This document shows positions 1-9,726 of a stretch of 64,000 nt of DNA, in pieces; position 1 is the first letter of the stretch, and each line of letters starts with the position of its first letter. The stretch is from NCBI GenBank assembly GCA_964584265.1, contig CAZOZI010000003.1, positions 20,619 through 84,618 on the forward strand, given 5' to 3'. Source of the DNA: an uncultured Candidatus Saccharibacteria bacterium (GTDB lineage: Bacteria > Patescibacteriota > Saccharimonadia > Saccharimonadales > CAYVSP01). A program made the translations under genes and the position numbers. The notes beneath the pieces are model-generated. The model was not told the DNA's origin and ran no database searches. It worked only from the letters and a program-made list of their open reading frames with translations.

Positions 1-729
1 ATTGATAGCCGTGGTTGGGCAGTTAAAAATGTTAACATTAATCTTAACAATGAGCCGTCCTATGCTACTCAAACAGATGTAACTGATCGGTTAATTGATA
101 TTTCGACGCTACCTCAGGAAGTGTCTGGTATTGATGTAGCGCCAGCCGATGACATGCTTGACCCCGATAATAATCCAGTCGCCCAACACCTAGATCAAAT
201 GATTAATGTATCGACTCAGGAACATCGTCAACAGCTTGTAAGTCAGGTCGAGAAGCTCCGTAAGCTGCCAGCAGACAATTCTCAAGCAGATGAACCATCG
301 CAGTCATCAGACCCACAGGACTTATGGTTTATGCAAAGCCAGCAGCAAATGCCACGATTAAATAGTTCTGGTGTTCAAACTTCAGTTCCATCTGCGCAAG
401 ACCAAACAGCCACCACAAACGCACCAATACCTCTGACCAAGCAAGAAGAGCAAGCTTTATTAGCCCAATTGCACCCCAATAAAACATCTCCTAGCGCCGC
501 CTATGGGCACATGAAAGTCATTGACCCCAGTGGCAACTCGACGTCCAAGAACAAAACGCAGGGTAGCGTGCCAAGTAGTTCGCCACTAACCCCTACAACC
601 AACCCAGCTGACCCCGCATTACTTGGACTTGCCAACAATAACGATCTCAATGTGGCGACCATCGCCCGTCAAGCTCACAAAACAAATAATGATGAGCCGT
701 CCGATGAGGTGGTTATCCCGTTACGATAG
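1..729 (+). CDS. hypothetical low-complexity (Q/P/S/N-rich) protein, 5' end outside the window
   Basis: Frame 1 is open from nt 1 to the stop at 727-729. The ORF-track entry 121..729 is only the part after an internal GTG. No recognisable domain. First gene of the T4SS-like cluster. Confidence 0.5.
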   Translation: MDSRGWAVKNVNINLNNEPSYATQTDVTDRLIDISTLPQEVSGIDVAPADDMLDPDNNPVAQHLDQMINVSTQEHRQQLVSQVEKLRKLPADNSQADEPSQSSDPQDLWFMQSQQQMPRLNSSGVQTSVPSAQDQTATTNAPIPLTKQEEQALLAQLHPNKTSPSAAYGHMKVIDPSGNSTSKNKTQGSVPSSSPLTPTTNPADPALLGLANNNDLNVATIARQAHKTNNDEPSDEVVIPLR

Positions 730-818
730 CATGGTTTACAGCTTCCCGCTTGAGGTTATTTCGTCTATACTTAAATGTACACAGTAACCCCTAACTAAAA
801 GGTGGGCTGAGTTTATTT

Positions 819-1724
819 ATGGATCCGTCTCTACCAAATCAAAACCTTAATGATGTTAATTCTGCCACGCGTGGTGATGTTCCTTTAGGTGCACCTGCAC
901 CGAGCACCTTCCAGCAACCTCAACCACCTGCGACTGCTCAAGTGCAAGCACCCGGTGTAGTAACTCCCGCAAAGCAGCTTGTCGCCAATCCGCGTGTCAA
1001 CCCTAATAGCACCCAAAACGCGCTGGAGATTGCTGAAATCCGTGACGGAATTGTTATCATGGAAGACGGCTCATTCCGCTGTGTTGTCATGGTCAAATCT
1101 ATCAATTTTGACCTGATGAGCCCACAAGAACGGGATGCTGTTGAGTTTAGCTACCAAGGATTCTTAAATTCACTGTACTTTCCTATTCAGATTTTTATGC
1201 GCTCGCAAAAAGTTGACTTGCAGACATACATTGGTAAGCTCGACAAAATCCGTTCCGAACATGATAATATGCTGCTCGCACTTCTGATGGACGACTATAT
1301 TACCTTCATTGACAATTTGGCTGCCCAGACCAACATTATGGACAAACGTTTTTACGTAGTTATCCCTTTCTTCCCAGTTCTTGACGCTCAACGAGCTATT
1401 ACAGCCAGCAAAAATTTGTTTACCGGCGTGTTTAGCTTGCTCAAGAATAAACAGCAACACGTCATTATTAATGAAGCCAATCTGGCCAAAGCCAAAGATG
1501 AACTACGCAATCGGGTGCAGGCAGTTTTGGGTGGACTTATGCAGTCTGGCATCCAGGGTTTGCCACTTGATACACAGGAACTGATTGAGCTGTATTATGA
1601 CACCTACAACCCAGACACCGCTACTCGTCAACAACTTAAGAATTTCGAGGATATGGCCACGCCAGTAGTCACAAAAGGCCAAGGCTCGGCAAGGCAGCCA
1701 AACCTAGATAGAGAGTTGCAGTGA
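819..1724 (+). CDS. hypothetical soluble protein of the T4SS-like cluster
   Basis: 301-aa ORF with a P/Q-rich N-terminus followed by a globular part (EIRDGIVIMEDGSFRCVVMVKSINFDLMSPQERD...). By eye this resembles the non-ATPase N-terminal region of VirB4/TraC-type proteins. No TM segment. The function is not established. Confidence 0.55.
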   Translation: MDPSLPNQNLNDVNSATRGDVPLGAPAPSTFQQPQPPATAQVQAPGVVTPAKQLVANPRVNPNSTQNALEIAEIRDGIVIMEDGSFRCVVMVKSINFDLMSPQERDAVEFSYQGFLNSLYFPIQIFMRSQKVDLQTYIGKLDKIRSEHDNMLLALLMDDYITFIDNLAAQTNIMDKRFYVVIPFFPVLDAQRAITASKNLFTGVFSLLKNKQQHVIINEANLAKAKDELRNRVQAVLGGLMQSGIQGLPLDTQELIELYYDTYNPDTATRQQLKNFEDMATPVVTKGQGSARQPNLDRELQ

Positions 1725-1761
1725 AAAAACTTTCTAGCGATATTTTTGGAGGAAGTATCTG

Positions 1762-3711
1762 ATGGCACTGTTTGGTAAGAAGAAACCACAGCTTGATCCT
1801 GTTGCCATTGCACAAGCCCAACGTGCCCGCGAAGAGCAAGAAGTAAGTGCTGCTTTTCAAAAAGGTATCACAGCGCTTCGCGACTTTATTGCCCCAAGTT
1901 CGCTGGCTTTTGAAGGTTCGCATTTTCAACTAGGCACCCGCTATGCTCGCACCTACTATGTATACGGCTACCCGAGGCAGATATTTACGGGTTGGCTAAG
2001 TAGTATGATCAATCTTGATGAGGTTGTGGATTTATCTATGTTTATTTATCCCGTAGAGAGCCAGGTTGTATTAGAAAATTTGCGCAAAAAAGTAACCCAG
2101 CTAGAGGCAGGTCTGCAGATTGACGCTGAAAAAGGTCGCGTTCGTGATCCGGGTAAACAGGCTGCTATCGTAGACGCCGAAGAAATGCGCGACAAACTGC
2201 AAGTTGGCGAAGAGCGCTTTTTCCGTTTTGGCTTATATTTTACTCTTTACGCTTCATCAATGGATGAGCTGGAATTTGTTGGTCATAAGGTCGAGTCCAT
2301 CTTGGGTCAACAGCTCATATACTCCAAGCCAGCTAGTAGCCAACAAGAACAGGGCTTTAATAGCACGGTGCCGCAATTTACTGATCAGCTGCAAATCAGG
2401 CGCAATATGAACACCGGAGCACTCAGTACCAGTTTTCCATTCACGTCAGCTGATTTGACGCAGGATAATGGCATCTTATATGGCATAAACATGCATAATT
2501 CTGGATTGGTTATTTTTGACCGTTTCAGTCTGGAAAATGGTAATTCGGTCGTTTTTGCGAAATCCGGTGCCGGTAAATCATTTGCCGTAAAACTTGAAGC
2601 ACTTCGCAGCCTGATGTTTGGCACAGAAATCTTTGTGGTTGACCCAGAAAATGAGTATGAACGCATGGCGGAAGCAGTCGGTGGTGCTTATGTGCGGTTG
2701 AGCTTAAATTCGGCAACACGAATCAACCCATTTGATTTGCCAAAAGTAGTCGATACGGAGGAAGCCGACAATGCGCTGCGTAGTAATCTCATCACACTTC
2801 ATGGCCTACTCCGCCTCATGATGGGTGGCGCACAAACGCAGCTTATTGGCGGTAATGCTACGACCACACCTGCGCTAACCCCAGTTGAAGAGGCTGATTT
2901 AGATGCAGCATTGATAGACACTTATGCCAAAGCTGGTATAACCAATGATCCGCTTACGCATACCGGCATCCCACCAACCATTGCCGATCTATATGAGTCA
3001 CTGTTGCATATGGGCAACACCGGCCCCCAACTTGCTCAGAGACTACGTAAATATACAAGTGGTACGTTCGCTGGTATATTTTCCCAACAAAGCAATATTG
3101 ATATCAATAATCCATTGGTTGTTTTTAACATTAGAGACCTGGAAGATGAGTTGCGTCCAGTCGCTATGTATATTGTGCTGAACTATATATGGAACAAGAC
3201 CAAGACCGACCAGAAACGGCGGATTTTGGTGGTTGACGAGGCTTGGCAACTGATGAAATATGAAGATTCAGCTAACTTTTTGTTCTCTTTAGCCAAACGG
3301 GCTCGCAAATATAATCTCGGCATTACCACTATCACTCAGGACGTAGAAGACTTTATGGGTTCTCGCATGGGGCGCGCGATTGTTGCTAATGCCAGCATGC
3401 AACTGCTCTTGAAGCAGTCGCCCTCTGCTGTCGACATCTTAACTGATGTCTTTAAACTTACCAGTGAAGAACGCAAACGCCTTAGCAATTTTCCAATCGG
3501 GCAAGGGCTGTTCTTTGCTGGCCAGAATCATGTGCATGTGCAAATAACCGCGAGTCCAACTGAAATGAGTCTGATTACTACAAATCCAGCCCAAGTCCAG
3601 CAGTTAGCCCAATCTAGTCTGCAACCACAGCCTGGTCTGCAACCACAAGGTGAGGTCCCTCAACCGCAAGGTACAATTGATTTATCGAACAGGTTAACAC
3701 CGGGTGTCTAA
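1762..3711 (+). CDS. virB4: VirB4/TraE-like type IV secretion ATPase (Gram-positive type)
   Basis: 649 aa. The N-terminal region is typical of TraE/PrgJ-type VirB4 (YARTYYVYGYPRQIFTGWLS...). Walker A is AKSGAGKSF and Walker B is RRILVVDEAW. Q/P-rich C-terminal tail. Confidence 0.85.
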   Translation: MALFGKKKPQLDPVAIAQAQRAREEQEVSAAFQKGITALRDFIAPSSLAFEGSHFQLGTRYARTYYVYGYPRQIFTGWLSSMINLDEVVDLSMFIYPVESQVVLENLRKKVTQLEAGLQIDAEKGRVRDPGKQAAIVDAEEMRDKLQVGEERFFRFGLYFTLYASSMDELEFVGHKVESILGQQLIYSKPASSQQEQGFNSTVPQFTDQLQIRRNMNTGALSTSFPFTSADLTQDNGILYGINMHNSGLVIFDRFSLENGNSVVFAKSGAGKSFAVKLEALRSLMFGTEIFVVDPENEYERMAEAVGGAYVRLSLNSATRINPFDLPKVVDTEEADNALRSNLITLHGLLRLMMGGAQTQLIGGNATTTPALTPVEEADLDAALIDTYAKAGITNDPLTHTGIPPTIADLYESLLHMGNTGPQLAQRLRKYTSGTFAGIFSQQSNIDINNPLVVFNIRDLEDELRPVAMYIVLNYIWNKTKTDQKRRILVVDEAWQLMKYEDSANFLFSLAKRARKYNLGITTITQDVEDFMGSRMGRAIVANASMQLLLKQSPSAVDILTDVFKLTSEERKRLSNFPIGQGLFFAGQNHVHVQITASPTEMSLITTNPAQVQQLAQSSLQPQPGLQPQGEVPQPQGTIDLSNRLTPGV

Positions 3712-3752
3712 ATTGACCCAGAGTAAATGGATTTTAAGAAAAATAGCTCGCG

Positions 3753-6242
3753 TTGGCAAAGAGCTATAATACAAACAAATCAAAAGGACGTTTTGTGAGC
3801 GATGTCTACGATAAAGAATTAGAAAAGCAAGAAGAGGCTATTGCTCCGCGTGAGGCAGATGAGGAAGAACAAGGTGAACTTGACTCATTGGCCGAAAAAG
3901 GCGAAGACAAAGATGGCCAAGCTAAAGAACCAAGTGAAGGCGAAGAGAAAAAAGCCGATTATGGTGAAAGCGATAATGCTGGAGAGGCAGAGCCAAGCCT
4001 ATACAAACCAAGTAGAAGCAGATTTGGGACGGGCAGTCCTCGAGCCGCTCAACGAGTTAGGCGCACTTTGTTTATCGGTGGCCCGCTTGGCATTGTTGCC
4101 ATAATAGCCGTACTACTTATGATATTTGTCGGGCAGCTCAAAGCAGTGCATTTTGCGACCGTGCTACGTTCTGGTGGCTTTGCGACTTTTGAGCTAAGCA
4201 TGCGGCGCTTTTTCGCCGATGTCGAGTTTGATAAAACCGTTACAACCGCAGATAGCACTGGCCCGCTGGGCAATCGGCCCGACAGCAAGTTACTAAGGCG
4301 GTTAGTGACCGGCGATGATCCGCGTAGCGTGGCTCAGAAGCTGGGTCGCGAAGGTAGTCTGCAATATGTGAACGAAAACGGCGAGATAAAAGGCTTCCAG
4401 TTTGGCAGCGGAAACAGCGATATTATCAATTATGACGAAATAGCTCAGAGATTATTTACCAAAAATGCTGACCAACTAACTATAAGACAACGAATGACAT
4501 TACGAAAAAATGTGGTTGATGAAGTAAATGTGCGTATGGCTCAGCGCCTCGGAGAGGAGGGACGGTTTTTTAGAAACGATTTCTGGACGCAATTCCGTGA
4601 CATAACCGGTATCCGCATGAGTATTCCACGCCAGTTTATGAGGAGTCTTCTGGGCGAAAAACCAATTGAAGCGGAAACAAGTGTTCGACTCAATCAAGAG
4701 GAGAACATAGATGGGAGTGCAGGAGTTGACTCTGGTATAGACACAGTTAAAAAGACGACAGATGCGGTCAAGGCCGAGACTACAAACTCGATCAAGCTCG
4801 GCCAGCGCTTGCGTGACCCAACTATATACCGTACTGCCTTATCCAATGCTGGCATAAATCCTGATGTATTAACCGAAACAGTCGCTAAGGCCAGCCCCTA
4901 TGTACTGGTTGGCACGCTGTACTGCATTGGCCATGACCTTGGTGGAGTTGATCAGCGCATAAACCAGTCATTAGAAAAGCAAGCCGCGCGCTCCGCTTCA
5001 GACATACAAGTGACGAGCGAACAAATTATGGATGGCAAAAACGTAAATGCTGCCTTTGTGTCAGCGGCCAATGCTGATTACGATGGCGTCAAGGCGGCTG
5101 ATGGTAGCACGCTTATTCCCCCAGGGGAAGTTTCGCCTTACTACAAGGCCGCTACTGGCCAATCAATGAGCGGTGCTGACATGGATAGCCTTAAAGATAC
5201 TCCTTCAACTCATATTGAAACTCCGTTGGGTTACTTGGCTGATGTTGATACCATAATTAAAAATGCCATCTCTGCAGGTGCCGTTAACATACCCGGTATT
5301 GGAAAAATCATTAATAGCGGCTATGACGCCGCAATTGATAGTGCATGTGGCACAATTACTAACCCGGCTGCACAAACAGCTTTTGTATTGTTTGATGTGG
5401 CGGCCGCTGCTGCAAGTGGTGGCACAACTGCAGCCGCTACAGCCATGTTTAAGGCAGCAGTCTTTTTTGGTGGAGGTGCTTATGCCGGACAAGCTCTGCA
5501 GAGCTATGTAGAGAGTTTGTCTGGCACCGGCTTTGGGGGCGGCAAGTCGGGAGTTGACAAAGTTAATGCGGGAGGCGTATCTACAGATTACCTTAACGAG
5601 CAAAGCAATCGTGGCGTGGCAATGGGGCGGCCACTATCAAATGATGAGGCAGCCGCTACTAAAACCGCCGCTCTGATTGAAACGCACAAACAATTTCAAG
5701 ACCAGGCATGGCGCGACCGCTACTTTGCCATCAATAATCCTTACTCTCTAGTAGGCTCACTCAGCGCCTATTTCCCGTCATCGCTGGCCAGTCTTGGCAA
5801 CCGCCTAGCGGATAGTTTAAGTTCGTTACCCAAAACACTTGCCTCGTTTGTTGGTGGCCAACTAAGCGGCGGGCTAGTGCTCAATTTATTTAATGGTTCA
5901 CATCAACAAGTAGCCTATGCGGCTGACAGCGTAGACTTCCAGACCAAAGCGAACTTCTTTGGTGTGCAGCAATGGGGTTGGTCGCAAGAAGAAATAAACC
6001 AGATTGAGAGCAACCCAGACTTTGACTTTGCCAATAATGCCGCTTATGTAGAGGCTCGGCCGGACCTAGATGGGCGGTTTAGTAAGTGTTATAGCTCAAA
6101 CTCACTCTTAACTGACATTCCTTCCGGTTGTGATGCAGGTACATTGTCGCAACCCGATGCACTCCACTGGCGACTGTACAAAGTACATTCTTTTGTTGTC
6201 GACAACTTAAACCAGGATGTAACAAAAGATAATGGCAATTAA
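3753..6242 (+). CDS. large membrane protein of the T4SS-like cluster (possible VirB6/TcpH-like channel component)
   Basis: 829-aa ORF with a TTG start (a GTG a few codons downstream is an alternative). Acidic/lysine-rich N-terminus, a TM segment (LFIGGPLGIVAIIAVLLMIFVG) and a second Ala/Gly-rich hydrophobic block near residue 540. No motif I can name. The role is inferred from position only. Confidence 0.45.
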   Translation: MAKSYNTNKSKGRFVSDVYDKELEKQEEAIAPREADEEEQGELDSLAEKGEDKDGQAKEPSEGEEKKADYGESDNAGEAEPSLYKPSRSRFGTGSPRAAQRVRRTLFIGGPLGIVAIIAVLLMIFVGQLKAVHFATVLRSGGFATFELSMRRFFADVEFDKTVTTADSTGPLGNRPDSKLLRRLVTGDDPRSVAQKLGREGSLQYVNENGEIKGFQFGSGNSDIINYDEIAQRLFTKNADQLTIRQRMTLRKNVVDEVNVRMAQRLGEEGRFFRNDFWTQFRDITGIRMSIPRQFMRSLLGEKPIEAETSVRLNQEENIDGSAGVDSGIDTVKKTTDAVKAETTNSIKLGQRLRDPTIYRTALSNAGINPDVLTETVAKASPYVLVGTLYCIGHDLGGVDQRINQSLEKQAARSASDIQVTSEQIMDGKNVNAAFVSAANADYDGVKAADGSTLIPPGEVSPYYKAATGQSMSGADMDSLKDTPSTHIETPLGYLADVDTIIKNAISAGAVNIPGIGKIINSGYDAAIDSACGTITNPAAQTAFVLFDVAAAAASGGTTAAATAMFKAAVFFGGGAYAGQALQSYVESLSGTGFGGGKSGVDKVNAGGVSTDYLNEQSNRGVAMGRPLSNDEAAATKTAALIETHKQFQDQAWRDRYFAINNPYSLVGSLSAYFPSSLASLGNRLADSLSSLPKTLASFVGGQLSGGLVLNLFNGSHQQVAYAADSVDFQTKANFFGVQQWGWSQEEINQIESNPDFDFANNAAYVEARPDLDGRFSKCYSSNSLLTDIPSGCDAGTLSQPDALHWRLYKVHSFVVDNLNQDVTKDNGN

Positions 6243-8187
6243 AAAACGCCGTTACGTCAACCTCTTTAAGCGAATTCTCTATGTGTTCGGCGTGCTGTTA
6301 TTAGGTAGTTTGTTTTTAACAAAATCCGTCCTAGCAGAAGCACCATTACAGTACATTGACGGTAACTATGGTTTTTACTCGCCGGATCGGCAGACCTGCG
6401 GAAGTTCGCAAGCAAACACCACTATAAACCTTAACGACATTTCTACTAAGTACGGGTTGCACTCTGTTTTTACCAAGCAGGTGGGTGGCAATGTACTTGG
6501 CAGCGTCAACTCAGACCAATCACCCGGTTCAGTGGCTTCAGTTCTAAAACTTATCATAGCAGACGTATTCCTAAGCAAAAATCCGGATTTAACTAAAACA
6601 GTAACAGTTACTGCCCAAGAAAATTATTTTGGTGCTAGCGGTGGTGATGGATCACTGGTATCACCTAAAACTGGACAAAGTATTAGCCTAAAAGACGCGC
6701 TGGAACAAACTCTAAAATTTTCATCAGATACTAATGCTAACGTACTGATTGATGCGTCAGGCGGTCTACAGGCCGCTACCGATGCTGCACATGGTCTCGG
6801 CTACGGCAAAACTTCCATCTTGTCCTACTACAATGATGCGGGTGCCGCTACCATTGCGCCAAATGCAACAACCGTGACAGAACTTACAACTTCTATGGAA
6901 AAATATGCAACTAGCTCTGACCCTACCTACCAATCTGCTTACACTAACCTTAAAGAGGAAACAGTTAAATATGGTCTAAGCCCAGAGGCTAATAAATGGG
7001 GCGGGACGTCCAAGGTGACTGGGAATAGTGCTGTTTTTGCGGTTGGCTCGCTTCGCTACATTATTACCATGTATGTTGAGAAGGACTGGAAAGGTGATAC
7101 TAATGCAACTAATCCAGATAGTGGAGCAACGGTTATCAAAAATGCAACTAATGACATTTTGGGTTTGATTCAGGCTAACCCAAGTCAGGCCTCAACCAGC
7201 TCACAATGTTGTCAGTCCTCAACAAACATTGCTGGTTCAAATAACGCCGAGAAAGCATTCAATTATTACTTGGGCAAGGGTCTTTCGGCACTGCAGACAG
7301 CTGGGCTGGGAGGCAATCTGCAAATAGAGTCTGGGTTTGACCCTACTGCCTACTACCCGGGAGGGCATACTGATAACCCAAGCCCGAGCAGTGCTTTTGG
7401 TTTAGTCCAGTGGTTAGGAGGCAGGCAAACAGCTCTGCGTGACTTTGCTAACAGTGCCAATAAACCAATAACAGACCTCGGCGTTCAGTTAGACTTCTCG
7501 TGGCAAGAATTAACTACTTCATATAAAGATAGTGTGCTTGGTCCGTTGCAACAATCTACTGATTTGGCAAGTGCTGTGCATATTGTGAATCAATACTACG
7601 AAGGTAGTGGTGTTGATGATGGCCCACGTTTAAGTGCGGCTCAAGACCTGCTTACTAAATATGGTTCAAACACTAGCCCAACTTCTGGTACCGGCCCCGC
7701 CCCAACCAGCAGCTCCTGTGGGTCATCGGGAGTGATCGCTGGCGGGTTTGCTTTCCCGGTCGATATCCAAATTTACCATGACCACCCCGATTGGTTTACG
7801 AAGCCTCATCATGATTATCCGGCCGATGACATTCCGGTGCCAACTGGTACGGCAGTTTATTCGATTTCAGCCGGTACCATAATATCGGCACCGACCGGAG
7901 GCGATTGCGGCACGGGTGTGGAAATCGATGCCGGAAGCGGCATACATTTTATCTACTGCCACGGCGAAGATGGTGGAGCGGTGGATGGAGCTCATCAGGG
8001 GGATATAGTTACAGCTGGGCAGCTTATTATGCATACTGACAATACCGGGCATACTACTGGTCCGCACCTGCATGTTGGTATTAGAATAAACGGTACCAAC
8101 TATTGTCCTCAAACCTTTTTGGTAGGAATTGCTAACGGTTCGCCCCCCGATATAACTAAATTGCCAACTAGTGGCTGTACTTATTAA
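6232..8187 (+). CDS. secreted three-domain peptidoglycan hydrolase (class-A beta-lactamase/PBP-like serine hydrolase + lysozyme-like domain + M23 metallopeptidase)
   Basis: Signal/TM segment at the N-terminus. SxxK (SVLK), an SDN-like motif (SSDTNANVLID) and a KTG-like motif (NKWGGT) mark the first domain. GNLQIESGF...AFGLVQWLGGR is typical of phage-tail-lysozyme-type domains. The C-terminal M23 motifs are HHDYPADDIPVPTGTAVYS and GHTTGPHLHVGIR. Confidence 0.75.
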   Translation: MAIKKRRYVNLFKRILYVFGVLLLGSLFLTKSVLAEAPLQYIDGNYGFYSPDRQTCGSSQANTTINLNDISTKYGLHSVFTKQVGGNVLGSVNSDQSPGSVASVLKLIIADVFLSKNPDLTKTVTVTAQENYFGASGGDGSLVSPKTGQSISLKDALEQTLKFSSDTNANVLIDASGGLQAATDAAHGLGYGKTSILSYYNDAGAATIAPNATTVTELTTSMEKYATSSDPTYQSAYTNLKEETVKYGLSPEANKWGGTSKVTGNSAVFAVGSLRYIITMYVEKDWKGDTNATNPDSGATVIKNATNDILGLIQANPSQASTSSQCCQSSTNIAGSNNAEKAFNYYLGKGLSALQTAGLGGNLQIESGFDPTAYYPGGHTDNPSPSSAFGLVQWLGGRQTALRDFANSANKPITDLGVQLDFSWQELTTSYKDSVLGPLQQSTDLASAVHIVNQYYEGSGVDDGPRLSAAQDLLTKYGSNTSPTSGTGPAPTSSSCGSSGVIAGGFAFPVDIQIYHDHPDWFTKPHHDYPADDIPVPTGTAVYSISAGTIISAPTGGDCGTGVEIDAGSGIHFIYCHGEDGGAVDGAHQGDIVTAGQLIMHTDNTGHTTGPHLHVGIRINGTNYCPQTFLVGIANGSPPDITKLPTSGCTY

Positions 8188-8208
8188 GCGTACAGTAAGG
8201 AGGAGTAA

Positions 8209-9717
8209 ATGGAAGGATACAAGATCGTACAGTTTTTAAAGCACCATATTCGCCTCCTACTTGTATTAACACTACTATTAATAATTACATTTGTGATTAT
8301 GCGTCATGGTTTTGTGACCATTGAAGTAACTGGGTCACCTCAAGACAATAGCCCTTTCAGTTACAAACTCCTAAATCAAAGCACTCAAAAGACAACTGAG
8401 ATTAAAACTACGGCAACAAAAGTTAGAAAGCTAGTAGCTAAAGCCGATTATGAGGTTTTAGTAACAAAAAACGGTGGTAGTTCATTTTCGGTGGTCAAAT
8501 CACCAGGTTGGTTACATAGCAAACACATTAGTATTAGTTTAAAGCTCCAGAAAGCCCGCCAATTTGTGGGCGATAACCCAGCTCCGTGCATGTACTATAT
8601 TGATAAGCTGTACTCATTAGCGTGCGGTGGCACAGTGAAATCCATAAGCGTACATGTGCCCGCTAACGAGCATCAACCAACTTATGTAACAAAAAACACC
8701 CGAGGGCCGGATGGTTCGCTCGAAGCTATTGTAAAAACAACAGGCAGTAATTTTGCGATTGTTAATACAGGGCTAAACCATGCCGCATTTTCTCTTAACA
8801 ACGGATTGGCCCTTACGAATGGTGTCGTTTTGCAGGAACTTGCTAGTAATCAAACGTATTCTTTTGCAGCCTTTAAACAGGGTTTTATTGCCTACGATTC
8901 CACACTAACGAGTGTGCTGTATTTTTCTTCACCAAGCGCTAAACCAGCCACGTTTTCTCTGCAATCATCTGTCAATAACTTAAAACCATCCTTACTATCT
9001 GTTGGTGGTGACACTATTGTGGTAGTTTACTCCAATGCTGTTATCGGCGAAGACCCCAATAAGCCAAATAGTTCTGCCGTTAGAAATGAAGTCGTGATAT
9101 ATCCTGCAAAGGGAAACTCTCGAAGTTATAGACTAGATAAGAAAATTTTTACCGATGTTGAAATATGTGGTACTCAAAAACTGTGTTTCTTAAGCAATAA
9201 AGTGGTATACGTCTACGACACTAGTGTTCCTAAACCTAGGTTACTGTTTACCATACAACAAGCAAACAGTATTGACGACGTGGCTGGGCAACTCTTGATT
9301 GCACGGGACTCTGATTTACTAACTGTCGACGTGGATGCACAGCACGGCTCCGAAGCTTATAGCTTTGGTGGTTACCAGCAGTGTGGAAGCCAGAATGAGG
9401 GAAATGATTATTTGCTATGTGTCGTTAACGGTCGTTCTAAAAAAGTGGCTTTAAAACTTGACTGGGCTAATAACAACTCCGACAGTATTGACCAAAAAAT
9501 TGCCGAGCTAGAAAAACTGACTAGTATAAATAATATTTCAATTAATGGCGCATATATATTTATCTCACCGGCTGTTCCTCTTACATTCAGCCAGAGTAGC
9601 GGGCAATACACTTATGACCCTGTAGCTAAAGCAAAAGCGACTAATGAGATCGGAAACGCAATTGCTAAGATCGGAATCGATAGGAATGTTTACAAAATCA
9701 TTAATACGGTACGTTAG
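8209..9717 (+). CDS. hypothetical membrane-anchored protein (single N-terminal TM, beta-rich ectodomain)
   Basis: 502-aa ORF with SD AAGGAGGAG upstream and an N-terminal TM (LLLVLTLLLIITFVIM). No recognisable domain. Last gene of the plus-strand T4SS-like block. Confidence 0.6.
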   Translation: MEGYKIVQFLKHHIRLLLVLTLLLIITFVIMRHGFVTIEVTGSPQDNSPFSYKLLNQSTQKTTEIKTTATKVRKLVAKADYEVLVTKNGGSSFSVVKSPGWLHSKHISISLKLQKARQFVGDNPAPCMYYIDKLYSLACGGTVKSISVHVPANEHQPTYVTKNTRGPDGSLEAIVKTTGSNFAIVNTGLNHAAFSLNNGLALTNGVVLQELASNQTYSFAAFKQGFIAYDSTLTSVLYFSSPSAKPATFSLQSSVNNLKPSLLSVGGDTIVVVYSNAVIGEDPNKPNSSAVRNEVVIYPAKGNSRSYRLDKKIFTDVEICGTQKLCFLSNKVVYVYDTSVPKPRLLFTIQQANSIDDVAGQLLIARDSDLLTVDVDAQHGSEAYSFGGYQQCGSQNEGNDYLLCVVNGRSKKVALKLDWANNNSDSIDQKIAELEKLTSINNISINGAYIFISPAVPLTFSQSSGQYTYDPVAKAKATNEIGNAIAKIGIDRNVYKIINTVR

Positions 9718-9726
9718 GCCGCATTG

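Noticed and set aside
3617-3647. 13-nt direct repeat GTCTGCAACCACA, present twice with 18-nt period, at the 3' end of the virB4-like gene.
   Set aside because: It simply encodes the low-complexity LQPQ(P)G tail. Two copies only, so it is not a meaningful tandem array.
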